DNA from: Phaeospirillum sp.
Lineage (GTDB): Bacteria; Pseudomonadota; Alphaproteobacteria; Rhodospirillales; Magnetospirillaceae
NCBI GenBank assembly: GCA_030651575.1
Contig: JAUSFB010000027.1
Location: 336,897-368,896 of the forward strand
Direction: 5' to 3'
DNA length: 32,000 nucleotides
Shown here: piece after piece, positions 8,822 through 16,770 of the stretch
Numbering within the stretch: position 1 is the first letter of the stretch
Layout of the letters: every line of letters begins with the position of its first letter
The notes under the pieces: model-generated
The model's database searches: none
Told to the model about the DNA's origin: nothing
What the model saw: the letters and a program-made list of their open reading frames with translations, nothing else
Translations under genes and position numbers: made by a program

Positions 8822-9829
8822 TCAGGCGGCTTCGCCGGTGGGCCGACGGTTGTGCTTGCCGTAGCGGTTCATATAGAGCGGCAGGATAGCCTCGGCCGCC
8901 GTGGGGGTGATGCCCAGTTCGGCCAGACCCGGCTTGCCGCCGCGCACCACGTTGTCCGTCTTCATCAGGCGCACCTGATCACGGGTCAGCATGGGCTTTG
9001 GCATCAGTTGCAGGAAGGCGGCCTGGATCATGCCCAGGCCGAACGGCACCGGCATCAGGCGGCATTCCTGACCGGTCACCTGCAGCACCAGTTCCATGAT
9101 CTCCTTCATGGAGTAGCGGCGCGGGCCGCCCAACTCGTAGACCTTGCCGGCAAGGCGGGGATCATCCAGCACATTGGCGATGGCGGCGGCGACATCGCCC
9201 ACATGGACCGGCTGGAAGATCGGGCCGCCCGAACCGAACAGATCGATGGAAACGCCGCCGTCGCCGCAGACCGGCTTGAAGCCGTCGGCGGTAAAGACCG
9301 GCAGGACCGGCGACACCATGGCCATCTTGCCAAAGCGGTTGAAAAAGTCGTCGTCGGGGCCGAACACCACCGAGGGACGGATGATGGTGGCGCCGGGAAA
9401 GGCGGTCAGCACCGCCTCTTCGCCGGCGGCCTTGCTGCGGGCATAGGCGGCTTCGGAATTCTTGTCGGCGCCCAGGGCGGACACGTGCACCAGCTTGGCG
9501 ACGCCGGCCGCCTTGGCGGCGGCGGCCACGGTGGCGGCGCCCTTGACGTGGATATTCTCGAAGCTGCGCGCGCCGCGCTCGTAGAGAATGCCGACCAAAT
9601 TGACCACGGCGTCGGCCCCGGCCACCGCCATGGCGACGGCGGCGGGGTCGGTGATGTCAGCGCGCAGCGGCGTCACCTGTCCGACGTCGCCCATGGGCTT
9701 TAGAAACTCTCCAGCGGTGGGGTCTTGGACCGCCGCGCGAACCACCCAGCCCTGAGCGGCCAGCCGACGCACCAGCGTCCTGCCGATGAAACCCGATCCC
9801 CCGAACACCGTGACCAGACGCCGCGCCAT
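8822..9829 (-). CDS. NAD(P)-binding complex I NDUFA9-like / NmrA-epimerase family protein
   Basis: Rossmann motif VTVFGGSGFIGRTLVRRL at the N-terminus. ATG 9829 is preceded by GAGGAG on the minus strand; the ORF track begins at GTG 9838. Length and composition are typical of alphaproteobacterial NDUFA9-like proteins. Confidence 0.85.
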   Translation of the reverse strand: MARRLVTVFGGSGFIGRTLVRRLAAQGWVVRAAVQDPTAGEFLKPMGDVGQVTPLRADITDPAAVAMAVAGADAVVNLVGILYERGARSFENIHVKGAATVAAAAKAAGVAKLVHVSALGADKNSEAAYARSKAAGEEAVLTAFPGATIIRPSVVFGPDDDFFNRFGKMAMVSPVLPVFTADGFKPVCGDGGVSIDLFGSGGPIFQPVHVGDVAAAIANVLDDPRLAGKVYELGGPRRYSMKEIMELVLQVTGQECRLMPVPFGLGMIQAAFLQLMPKPMLTRDQVRLMKTDNVVRGGKPGLAELGITPTAAEAILPLYMNRYGKHNRRPTGEAA

Positions 9830-9955
9830 TATCACCACTCCTCGCCAGATGGACGGCTTTGGCCGTCCCCCACATTCGGGTAGGAAGCTAGCCCATAATT
9901 CGGAATCGTGTAAAGGCCGCGCTGGCGAAAAGCGAAAGCATCGCTGAATTCATCG

Positions 9956-9984
9956 TTGACACGGGGCGCGGGGTCGCATATTTC
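9956..9984 (+). promoter_or_regulatory. Putative sigma70-like promoter for tRNA-Leu
   Basis: TTGACA at 9956-9961, followed 16-17 nt later by ATATTT/TATTTC (9978-9984). This sits about 40 nt upstream of the tRNA 5' end. Sequence pattern only. Confidence 0.3.
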
Positions 9985-10022
9985 TTCGCGCCTCGGACGG
10001 CGAGGCCGTTCGTAGGCTACCT

Positions 10023-10109
10023 GCCCAGGTGGCGGAATTGGTAGACGCGCACGGTTCAGGTCCGTGTGGCAGTGATGTCGTGGAAGTTCGAGTCTTCTCC
10101 TGGGCACCA
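10023..10109 (+). tRNA. tRNA-Leu (anticodon CAG), class II with long variable arm, encoded CCA
   Basis: Acceptor stem GCCCAGG/CCTGGGC. D-arm GGCGGAATTGGTAGACGC. Anticodon stem-loop CACGG-TTCAGGT-CCGTG (anticodon CAG). Long variable arm. T-arm GGAAGTTCGAGTCTTCT. 3' ACCA. Confidence 0.9.
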
Positions 10110-10114
10110 TCTCC

Positions 10115-10138
10115 CTCCTCCCCGTTCGCGGGGAGGAG
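10115..10138 (+). terminator. GC-rich hairpin immediately after tRNA-Leu (10-bp stem, TTCG tetraloop)
   Basis: CTCCTCCCCG-TTCG-CGGGGAGGAG forms a perfect 10-bp stem. No downstream T-tract follows, so intrinsic-terminator function is uncertain; it may instead be a processing or stability element. Confidence 0.4.
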
Positions 10139-10197
10139 AGGTGGAGAATACGGACACGGAGCCGCCCGCCCCATCGGGGCAATAGCAGGAGCCGCGT

Positions 10198-10809
10198 GTG
10201 ACCGTTCATTATCACATCAACGATCTTCCCGCCGACGTGAACCTTGGTTCCGTGGTCGCCATTGATTCCGAGACCATGGGGCTCAATCTTCACCGCGACC
10301 GGCTCTGCGTGATCCAGCTGTCGGCCGGCGATGGCGACGCCCATGTGGTCCATTTCCCCGAGCCCAAGTGGAACGCTCCCAACCTTACCCGGCTGTTCGC
10401 CGACCCCAAGGTGGTCAAGCTGTTTCACTTCGCCCGGTTCGACGTGGCCCAGATCCGCCGGTATTTCGGCGTGCGCTGCGAGCCGCTGTTTTGCACCAAG
10501 ATCGCCTCGCGCCTGACCCGGACCAACACCGAAAGTCACAGCCTCAAGACGCTGTGCAAGGAGTTCCTGGGCGTCGACCTGTCCAAGCTTCAGCAAAGCT
10601 CCGACTGGGGCGCCGACCGGCTGAGCGCCGATCAACTGGCCTATGCCGCCTCGGACGTGCTGTATTTGCACCAGTTGAAGGACCGGTTCGAGATGCTGCT
10701 GGATCGCGAAGGCCGCCGCGCCCTGGCCGAGGCCTGCTTCTCCTTCCTTCCCGACCGGGCCGATCTCGATCTAGCGGGCTGGAATGAAGAGGATATCTTC
10801 TCGCACTGA
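10198..10809 (+). CDS. RNase D-like 3'-5' exonuclease (DEDDy family, short form)
   Basis: GTG start with AGGAG 7 nt upstream. ExoI VAIDSETMGL, ExoII-like region, and ExoIII YAASDVLYLHQL are present. 203 aa, typical of the short alphaproteobacterial RNase D-like proteins. Confidence 0.85.
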   Translation: MTVHYHINDLPADVNLGSVVAIDSETMGLNLHRDRLCVIQLSAGDGDAHVVHFPEPKWNAPNLTRLFADPKVVKLFHFARFDVAQIRRYFGVRCEPLFCTKIASRLTRTNTESHSLKTLCKEFLGVDLSKLQQSSDWGADRLSADQLAYAASDVLYLHQLKDRFEMLLDREGRRALAEACFSFLPDRADLDLAGWNEEDIFSH

Positions 10810-10862
10810 GTTTAGGATGCGGGCTCTGTCCGCGAAACCTTAGGCATTGGCGGGAGCATTTC

Positions 10863-13800
10863 ATGAGTCTCTCCGCCGATGCCGATCTGCGTCAACGTCG
10901 CGCCGCCGATCCCACCGCCAGCGTCTGGGTCGCCGCCAGCGCCGGAACCGGCAAGACCAAGGTTCTGACCGACCGGGTGCTGACCCTGTTGTTGGCTGGC
11001 ACCGCCCCGCACAAGATTTTGTGTCTGACCTTCACCAAAGCCGCCGCCGCCGAGATGGCCAACCGCATCCAGCGTCAGTTGGCCCGTTGGGCCACCGCCG
11101 CCGATGCCGCTCTCGACCACGATCTGAGCCTTCTGCTGGGCCGCCCGCCGGACCAGCGCGAGCAGGTCCGGGCGCGCCGCCTGTTCGCCCAGGTGCTGGA
11201 CGCGCCGGGCGGCATGCATATGGAGACCATCCACGCCTTTTGCCAATCGCTGCTGCGCCGCTTTCCGCTGGAAGCCGGGATCGCGCCCCACTTTCAGGTG
11301 ATGGACGAGCGCGATGCCGGCGAGTTGCTGGAAACCGCCAAGCTGGAGGTCCTCGGCGCGGCCCGCGACGGCGGCGACCTGGCCCGCGCCCTGGCCCTGA
11401 TCAGCAACCGCATCCACGAGACCGGCTTTCCCGATCTGATGGCGGAACTGGCCTCGGGCCGGGGACGGCTGGACCGGCTGATTCACCGCCATGGCGGCGT
11501 CAAGGGAGTCGGCAGCGCCTTGCGCGCCCGGCTGGGATTGGAGCCCGACGATACCGCCGCCACCTTGCTGGCGCGGGCCTGCGACGAGGGCCGGTTCGAC
11601 GCCGCCGGCTTGCGCGCCGCCCTGCCCGCCCTGGAAAGCGGAGCCAAGACCGATCAGGAGCGCGCTGCCGCGATGGCGGCCTGGCTGGCCGATCCGGCGG
11701 ACCGTCCGGCCCGGTTCGACCGCTGGCGCGCCGCATTTCTCACCAATGACGGCGCCATCCGCAAGACCCTGTGCACCAAGACGGTCCGCCAGGGCTTTCC
11801 CGGAATTGAAGAGGCGCTGCTGGCCGAGGCCGAGCGGCTGGTCTTCCTCTCCGACCGGCTGAAGGCCGCGGCCACCGCCGAGGCGACCGAGGCGTTGCTG
11901 GCGCTGGGAGCGGCGCTGCTGGCCGCCTATCGCCGGGCCAAGGCCGTCCGCGCCCTGATGGATTACGACGACCTGATCCTGGCGGCCCGCGACCTGCTGG
12001 CCAAGCCGGGCGTCGCGCCCTGGGTGCTGTTCAAGCTGGACGGCGGTATCGATCATGTGCTGATCGACGAGGCCCAGGACACCAATCCCGATCAATGGGC
12101 GGTGCTCGCCGCCCTGACCGAGGAGTTCTTCGCCGGGCAGGGGGCTCGTGACGTGGTCCGCACCGTCTTTGCCGTCGGCGACGCCAAGCAGTCGATCTAT
12201 TCGTTCCAGCGCGCCGACCCGCGCGAGTTCGAGCGCATGCGTGAAAGCTTTGCCCGCCATGTGCCGGCGGCGGGGGGACGCTGGGACGAGGTGGCGCTGA
12301 ACCTGTCCTTCCGCTCGACCGCCGCCGTGCTGGACGCGGTCAACGCGGTGTTCGGCCCCACAAGGCCCGGCCGCGACGGTATCGCCGCCCCGGATGAGGA
12401 CATCATCCATCTGGCCCATCGCCAGGGTCATGCCGGGCGGGTCGAGCTGTGGCCGCCGGTGGAACCGCGCGCCGCCGACGAAACTCCCGCCTGGAAGCCG
12501 CCGGTCGAGCGCATTCGCGGCGATTCCCCCCGCACCCGGCTGGCGCGGCTGATGGCGCGGCGGATCGAGCGGATGATCGCCGCCGAGCCCCTGGAGTCCA
12601 AGGGCCGCCCGGTGCGGGCCGGCGATATCCTGGTGCTGGTACGGCGACGCGGCGGCTTCGTCGATGATCTGGTGCGCGAGCTGAAATCGCGCAAGGTCGA
12701 GGTGGCGGGGGCCGACCGTATGGTGCTGGCCGATCAGATGGCGGTGATGGACCTGGTGGCGCTGGGCAATTTCCTGCTGCTGCCCGATGACGACCTGACC
12801 CTGGCCACCGTGCTGAAGGGGCCGCTGGTCGGACTATCGGAGGACCAGTTGTTCACCCTGGCCCATGGGCGCGGCGATGCCGGCCTGTGGGAGACGCTGA
12901 AGCGGCGCATCCTGATCGATCCCGATTTCGAGACCGCCTACACCACCCTGGCCGAATTGCTGGCCCAGGCCGACCGGTTGCCGCCGCACGCCCTTTACGC
13001 CCGGGTGCTGGGAGCGCTGGGCGGCCGCCGCCGGCTGCTGGCCCGGCTGGGGCAGGAGGCCGAGGACCCCATCGACGAATTCATGGCCCTGACCCTGGCG
13101 TTCGAGCGCGCCCACCCACCATCGCTCCAGAGGTTCCTGCACTGGCTGGAAGCCAGCGCCATCGAGATCAAGCGCGACCTGGAACAGGCCGGACGCGACG
13201 CGGTGCGGATCATGACGGTGCACGGCTCCAAAGGCTTGCAGGCTCCCATCGTCTTCCTGCCCGACACCATGCAGGTTCCGACCCGAGGCGGCAAGCTGCT
13301 ATGGCTGGGCGACGGCGAGGACGAGATGCTGACCTGGCCGCCCAGGGCCGACGACATGGACGCCGCCTGCCGCGCCGGGGCCGAGGTCCGCAAGCTGGCT
13401 GGCCAGCGGGAATACCGCCGCCTGCTCTATGTGGCCATGACCAGGGCCGAGGACCGGCTGATCGTCTGCGGCTGGCGCACCCGCAACACGCCGCCGGAAT
13501 TGTGCTGGTACAATCTGATCCGGGACGGCATCGAGCCCCTGGCGGCGGAGGTCGAGGACGCCACCCTGGCGGCGGCGGCCGAGACCGGGGAGGCGCGCAT
13601 CCTGCTGCTGACCTCGGCCCAGACCGCCCCGGTCTCGGGCGGAGACGCGGCCAGGGCCGCCACGGCGGCCCCCGCGGCCCTGCCCGACTGGGCCCGCCGG
13701 CCGGCGGGCTCGGAACCGGCGCCGCCCCGCCCCCTGGCGCCGTCGCGGCCCGATGGTGAGGAGCCGCCGGTGCGCTCCCCCCTGGCCGAAGCCGATGGCG

Positions 13801-14318
13801 GTCAACGCTGGCAGCGCGGCAGGCTGATTCATCGCCTGCTCCAGACCCTGCCCGAGTTGGAGCCGGCGGCGCGCGGCCGCGCCATGATGCGTTTTCTCAA
13901 GCGGCCCGGCTGGGGGCTGGAGACCAAGGACCAGTTGGCCATCGCCAATGAGGTCTCCGACATCATCGACCATCCTGGACTGACCGGTCTGTTTGGGCCG
14001 GCCGCCCGCGCCGAAGTGCCGCTGGTCGGACGCATCGGCGACCGCATCATATCGGGGCGGGTCGATCGGCTGGTGGTCACCGAAGCCGAGGTGCTGGTGG
14101 TGGATTACAAAACCAACCGCCGCCCGCCGCCGACGCCGGAAGAGATTCCCGACCTCTATGTGCGTCAGATGGCCGCCTATCGGCTGGCGCTGGCCTGCAT
14201 CTATCCCCGCCACCGGGTCCGCTGCGCCCTGGTCTGGACCGATGGTCCGATACTGATGGAAATCGACGCCGCCCGCCTGGACGACGCCCTGGCGGGGCTC
14301 GTGCCAGTGAGCCAATGA
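10863..14318 (+). CDS. addA: Double-strand break repair helicase-nuclease AddA (UvrD-like helicase + C-terminal PD-(D/E)xK nuclease)
   Basis: Walker A AASAGTGKTKVL. UvrD-type motifs are present (LIDEAQDTNPDQW, TVHGSKGLQAPIVFL, RLLYVAMTRA). C-terminal nuclease motif GRVDRLVV...VLVVDYKTN. 1151 aa, the usual size for alphaproteobacterial AddA. Confidence 0.9.
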   Translation: MSLSADADLRQRRAADPTASVWVAASAGTGKTKVLTDRVLTLLLAGTAPHKILCLTFTKAAAAEMANRIQRQLARWATAADAALDHDLSLLLGRPPDQREQVRARRLFAQVLDAPGGMHMETIHAFCQSLLRRFPLEAGIAPHFQVMDERDAGELLETAKLEVLGAARDGGDLARALALISNRIHETGFPDLMAELASGRGRLDRLIHRHGGVKGVGSALRARLGLEPDDTAATLLARACDEGRFDAAGLRAALPALESGAKTDQERAAAMAAWLADPADRPARFDRWRAAFLTNDGAIRKTLCTKTVRQGFPGIEEALLAEAERLVFLSDRLKAAATAEATEALLALGAALLAAYRRAKAVRALMDYDDLILAARDLLAKPGVAPWVLFKLDGGIDHVLIDEAQDTNPDQWAVLAALTEEFFAGQGARDVVRTVFAVGDAKQSIYSFQRADPREFERMRESFARHVPAAGGRWDEVALNLSFRSTAAVLDAVNAVFGPTRPGRDGIAAPDEDIIHLAHRQGHAGRVELWPPVEPRAADETPAWKPPVERIRGDSPRTRLARLMARRIERMIAAEPLESKGRPVRAGDILVLVRRRGGFVDDLVRELKSRKVEVAGADRMVLADQMAVMDLVALGNFLLLPDDDLTLATVLKGPLVGLSEDQLFTLAHGRGDAGLWETLKRRILIDPDFETAYTTLAELLAQADRLPPHALYARVLGALGGRRRLLARLGQEAEDPIDEFMALTLAFERAHPPSLQRFLHWLEASAIEIKRDLEQAGRDAVRIMTVHGSKGLQAPIVFLPDTMQVPTRGGKLLWLGDGEDEMLTWPPRADDMDAACRAGAEVRKLAGQREYRRLLYVAMTRAEDRLIVCGWRTRNTPPELCWYNLIRDGIEPLAAEVEDATLAAAAETGEARILLLTSAQTAPVSGGDAARAATAAPAALPDWARRPAGSEPAPPRPLAPSRPDGEEPPVRSPLAEADGGQRWQRGRLIHRLLQTLPELEPAARGRAMMRFLKRPGWGLETKDQLAIANEVSDIIDHPGLTGLFGPAARAEVPLVGRIGDRIISGRVDRLVVTEAEVLVVDYKTNRRPPPTPEEIPDLYVRQMAAYRLALACIYPRHRVRCALVWTDGPILMEIDAARLDDALAGLVPVSQ

Positions 14319-14332
14319 ATCGGCTCGCCTCC

Positions 14333-15433
14333 CTATCCTTCCGCCACGACCACCCGGTTGCGGCCGGCGGATTTGGCGCGGTAGAGCGCGGCGTCGGCCC
14401 GCGCCAGCAAGGTGGGGACGTCGAGGGTGACGATGGCTTCCGTCGCCGCCGCGTCCACTCCCCCGCACGAGGTCACGCCGATGCTGACAGTCAGCTCGAA
14501 TATCTCGCCCTTGGCCGGGCGCACCACCATTTCCTCCACCTGACGACGCAGGCGCTCGGCGATGATGCGGGCGCCGTCCAGGCCGGTATTGGGCAGCGCC
14601 ACGGCGAACTCTTCGCCGCCCACCCGGCCCAGGATATCGTATTCGCGCAGCGCGACGCGGCAGGCCCCGACAAAGGCCTTCAACGCCTCGTCGCCGGCGG
14701 CGTGCCCCCAGCGATCGTTGATGGTCTTGAAATGATCGATATCGAGCGCCAGCAGCGAGAATGAGCGGCCCATGCGCCGCGCGTGATCCAGTTCCAGACC
14801 GGCGAGGTGGCGAAAGTGGCGTGGATTGGCGACGCCGGTCAGCGAGTCGCGGGTGGCCAGCACTTCCAGCTCGGCCACATGCTGCTGCGTATCGCAAAAG
14901 GCGCGCAGCGACAACGCCAGATCCGCGATGCCGCCGGCCGCGTCAAGCACCACCGGCACCCGCTCGATCACCAGCCGCAGCAGAGCGGCGGCTTCGTCTT
15001 CGGCGATTGCGGCTTTCACCGGATAGGCCCCGACCATCAGCCGGTCATCGCCCACCGGCAGCACCAGCCGCTGCCAGGTTTCTGTGCCGCCCTCGAACAG
15101 GGCGGTGTAGGACCGCCATAATGGCTGTTTGACCCGGCGGGCAAAGGTATATTCGAACTCCAGCATCCCCCGCCGCTCGACCGGTAAGATATCGGCGGGC
15201 AGGACGTCGATGACGCAACCGGTCAGGTCGGAACCGAAATGCCGGGTAAAGGCCGCGCCATAATGCGAGTACCGGTTGCCAGGCCCTTCGATATCGATAA
15301 TCAGAAGGTTGTCCAGATGGGCGGCGAAGCTGCGGGTCGGTTCGGCGGCAACGGTGCCGCTCCCCGCCGACCGCCATAGGCCCAACAGATCAAGCAGCCG
15401 CGAATCCATAACATTGGCGATCAAATCTTGCAT
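14333..15433 (-). CDS. Diguanylate cyclase (N-terminal PAS-like sensor + GGDEF domain)
   Basis: Active-site GGEEF occurs in REYDILGRVGGEEFAVALP, with an RxxD I-site (REYD) at the canonical spacing. The N-terminal 140 aa resemble the alphaproteobacterial PAS_5/DUF1457-type PAS fold (from memory). Confidence 0.85.
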   Translation of the reverse strand: MQDLIANVMDSRLLDLLGLWRSAGSGTVAAEPTRSFAAHLDNLLIIDIEGPGNRYSHYGAAFTRHFGSDLTGCVIDVLPADILPVERRGMLEFEYTFARRVKQPLWRSYTALFEGGTETWQRLVLPVGDDRLMVGAYPVKAAIAEDEAAALLRLVIERVPVVLDAAGGIADLALSLRAFCDTQQHVAELEVLATRDSLTGVANPRHFRHLAGLELDHARRMGRSFSLLALDIDHFKTINDRWGHAAGDEALKAFVGACRVALREYDILGRVGGEEFAVALPNTGLDGARIIAERLRRQVEEMVVRPAKGEIFELTVSIGVTSCGGVDAAATEAIVTLDVPTLLARADAALYRAKSAGRNRVVVAEG

Positions 15434-15495
15434 AACGGCAAGGTTACCACGATCATCCTTAACGAGCCCTTTCCCCCCATCGTCAGCATTGCGCC

Positions 15496-16392
15496 ATGCC
15501 CAGCCTTTCCCGCAGCTTGTTTCGGGCCACGAGGCCCATGTTCTTCCCCGCCTCGGCCGTGCCCGTCGCGGTGGGAACCGCCTGGGGTTTTCACCATTCC
15601 GGCCATCTCAGCCCGATTCCGTTGATGCTCGCCCTGTTGGGCATGGCCTGCCTGCATGCCGCCGCCAATGTCATCAACGATGTGGGCGACGAGTTGAACG
15701 GCTGCGACCGCCTCAATCAGGACCGCATCCCGCCCTTTACCGGCGGATCGCGCGTCATTCAGGACGGAATTCTCGGCATCAAGGCCATGGCCGCCTGGGG
15801 AGCCGCCCTACTGCTGGCCGGCGCCGCCATCGGCGCCATCCTGACCATGATGAAGGGGCCGCCAGTCCTGGTCTTCGGCCTGATCGGCGGCGGCCTCGCC
15901 ATTGCCTATTCGTTGCCGCCGTTGACGTTGGCGGCGCGCGGCCTGGGCGAGGCCGCGGTGGCCGTCGCCTTCGGTCTGCCGGTCGTCGCCGCCGGCTGGT
16001 TGCAGGATGGCGACTTTACCCTGCACGGGATTCTGGCGGCGGCGGCGGTGGGGTGCTGGACCGCCGCCATCCTGATCTGCAATCAAGTCCCCGACATCAA
16101 GGCCGACGAAGCCGCCGGCAAGCGCAATCTGGTGGTGCGCCTGGGTGCGAAAAGCGCGCCATCCCTTTATCTAGCGGTTCAGGCGGTGGCGGCGGCGCTG
16201 CAACTGGCGTTGGGCTGGCTATCCAATCTGCCTCCCTGGGCGACGGTTCCGCCGCTGTTGACCATGCTGGCCGCCCTGGCGGCGGCTCCGCTGATGATGG
16301 GCGGCCGCGGCGCCCAACTGGCGGCCATCCGCACCACCTTGGCTATCCACCTGCTGGGCGGCGTCTGGCTGACGGTGGCGGCGTTGGTCTGA
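15496..16392 (+). CDS. UbiA-superfamily prenyltransferase (MenA-like)
   Basis: Polytopic membrane protein. The first Asp-rich motif is NVINDVGDELNGCDR. A YSLPPL...GLGE segment resembles the 1,4-dihydroxy-2-naphthoate prenyltransferase family. 298 aa. Confidence 0.8.
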   Translation: MPSLSRSLFRATRPMFFPASAVPVAVGTAWGFHHSGHLSPIPLMLALLGMACLHAAANVINDVGDELNGCDRLNQDRIPPFTGGSRVIQDGILGIKAMAAWGAALLLAGAAIGAILTMMKGPPVLVFGLIGGGLAIAYSLPPLTLAARGLGEAAVAVAFGLPVVAAGWLQDGDFTLHGILAAAAVGCWTAAILICNQVPDIKADEAAGKRNLVVRLGAKSAPSLYLAVQAVAAALQLALGWLSNLPPWATVPPLLTMLAALAAAPLMMGGRGAQLAAIRTTLAIHLLGGVWLTVAALV

Positions 16393-16455
16393 GCGTTATA
16401 CCACGTCTCGCTCAACCCGAACGTCCGGCAGGCCAAAGCAATACAAAAGGTCTCG

Positions 16456-16728
16456 TCATTCAGCGTAACTCCGCAAGACGGTCCAGCCATTCCTGTTCGG
16501 AAACCGTTGATTTGCCGGCGGGGAAAGCAGGGTGGCTCCGGAGACAATGACACGGCCGTCAACCGCCAGAGCGAAGCATTTATCCCAGAGATCCTGTTTC
16601 TGCTCCGGGCCCTTGCCCTCTCCCCGAAGCCGAATCTGTCCACCCCGCCAGCGCACCAGGGCCTCGGAGTTCAGCAAATGTGCCTCGGACGCCATGGCGG
16701 GTACGGCCATGAACGACAGCGCAGCCAA
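16456..16728 (-). CDS. Possible small secreted protein (about 90 aa), uncertain
   Basis: TTG-initiated ORF with a signal-like N-terminus (AALSFMAVPAMA|SEAH) and moderately GC-rich third positions. No family recognised and no clear RBS. Confidence 0.3.
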   Translation of the reverse strand: MAALSFMAVPAMASEAHLLNSEALVRWRGGQIRLRGEGKGPEQKQDLWDKCFALAVDGRVIVSGATLLSPPANQRFPNRNGWTVLRSYAE

Positions 16729-16770
16729 GACCTGGCAGATGACGGCATCACCGATTTACGCTAAACAATC

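Noticed and set aside
9832-10671. 279-aa minus-strand ORF.
   Set aside because: It runs straight through the tRNA-Leu gene and antisense to the RNase D-like gene, so it is a shadow ORF.
15276-16550. 424-aa plus-strand ORF overlapping the UbiA-like gene in another frame.
   Set aside because: Its composition is Arg/Gly/Pro/Ser-rich junk. The alternative frame (15496-16392) encodes a coherent polytopic prenyltransferase with the NDxxD motif.
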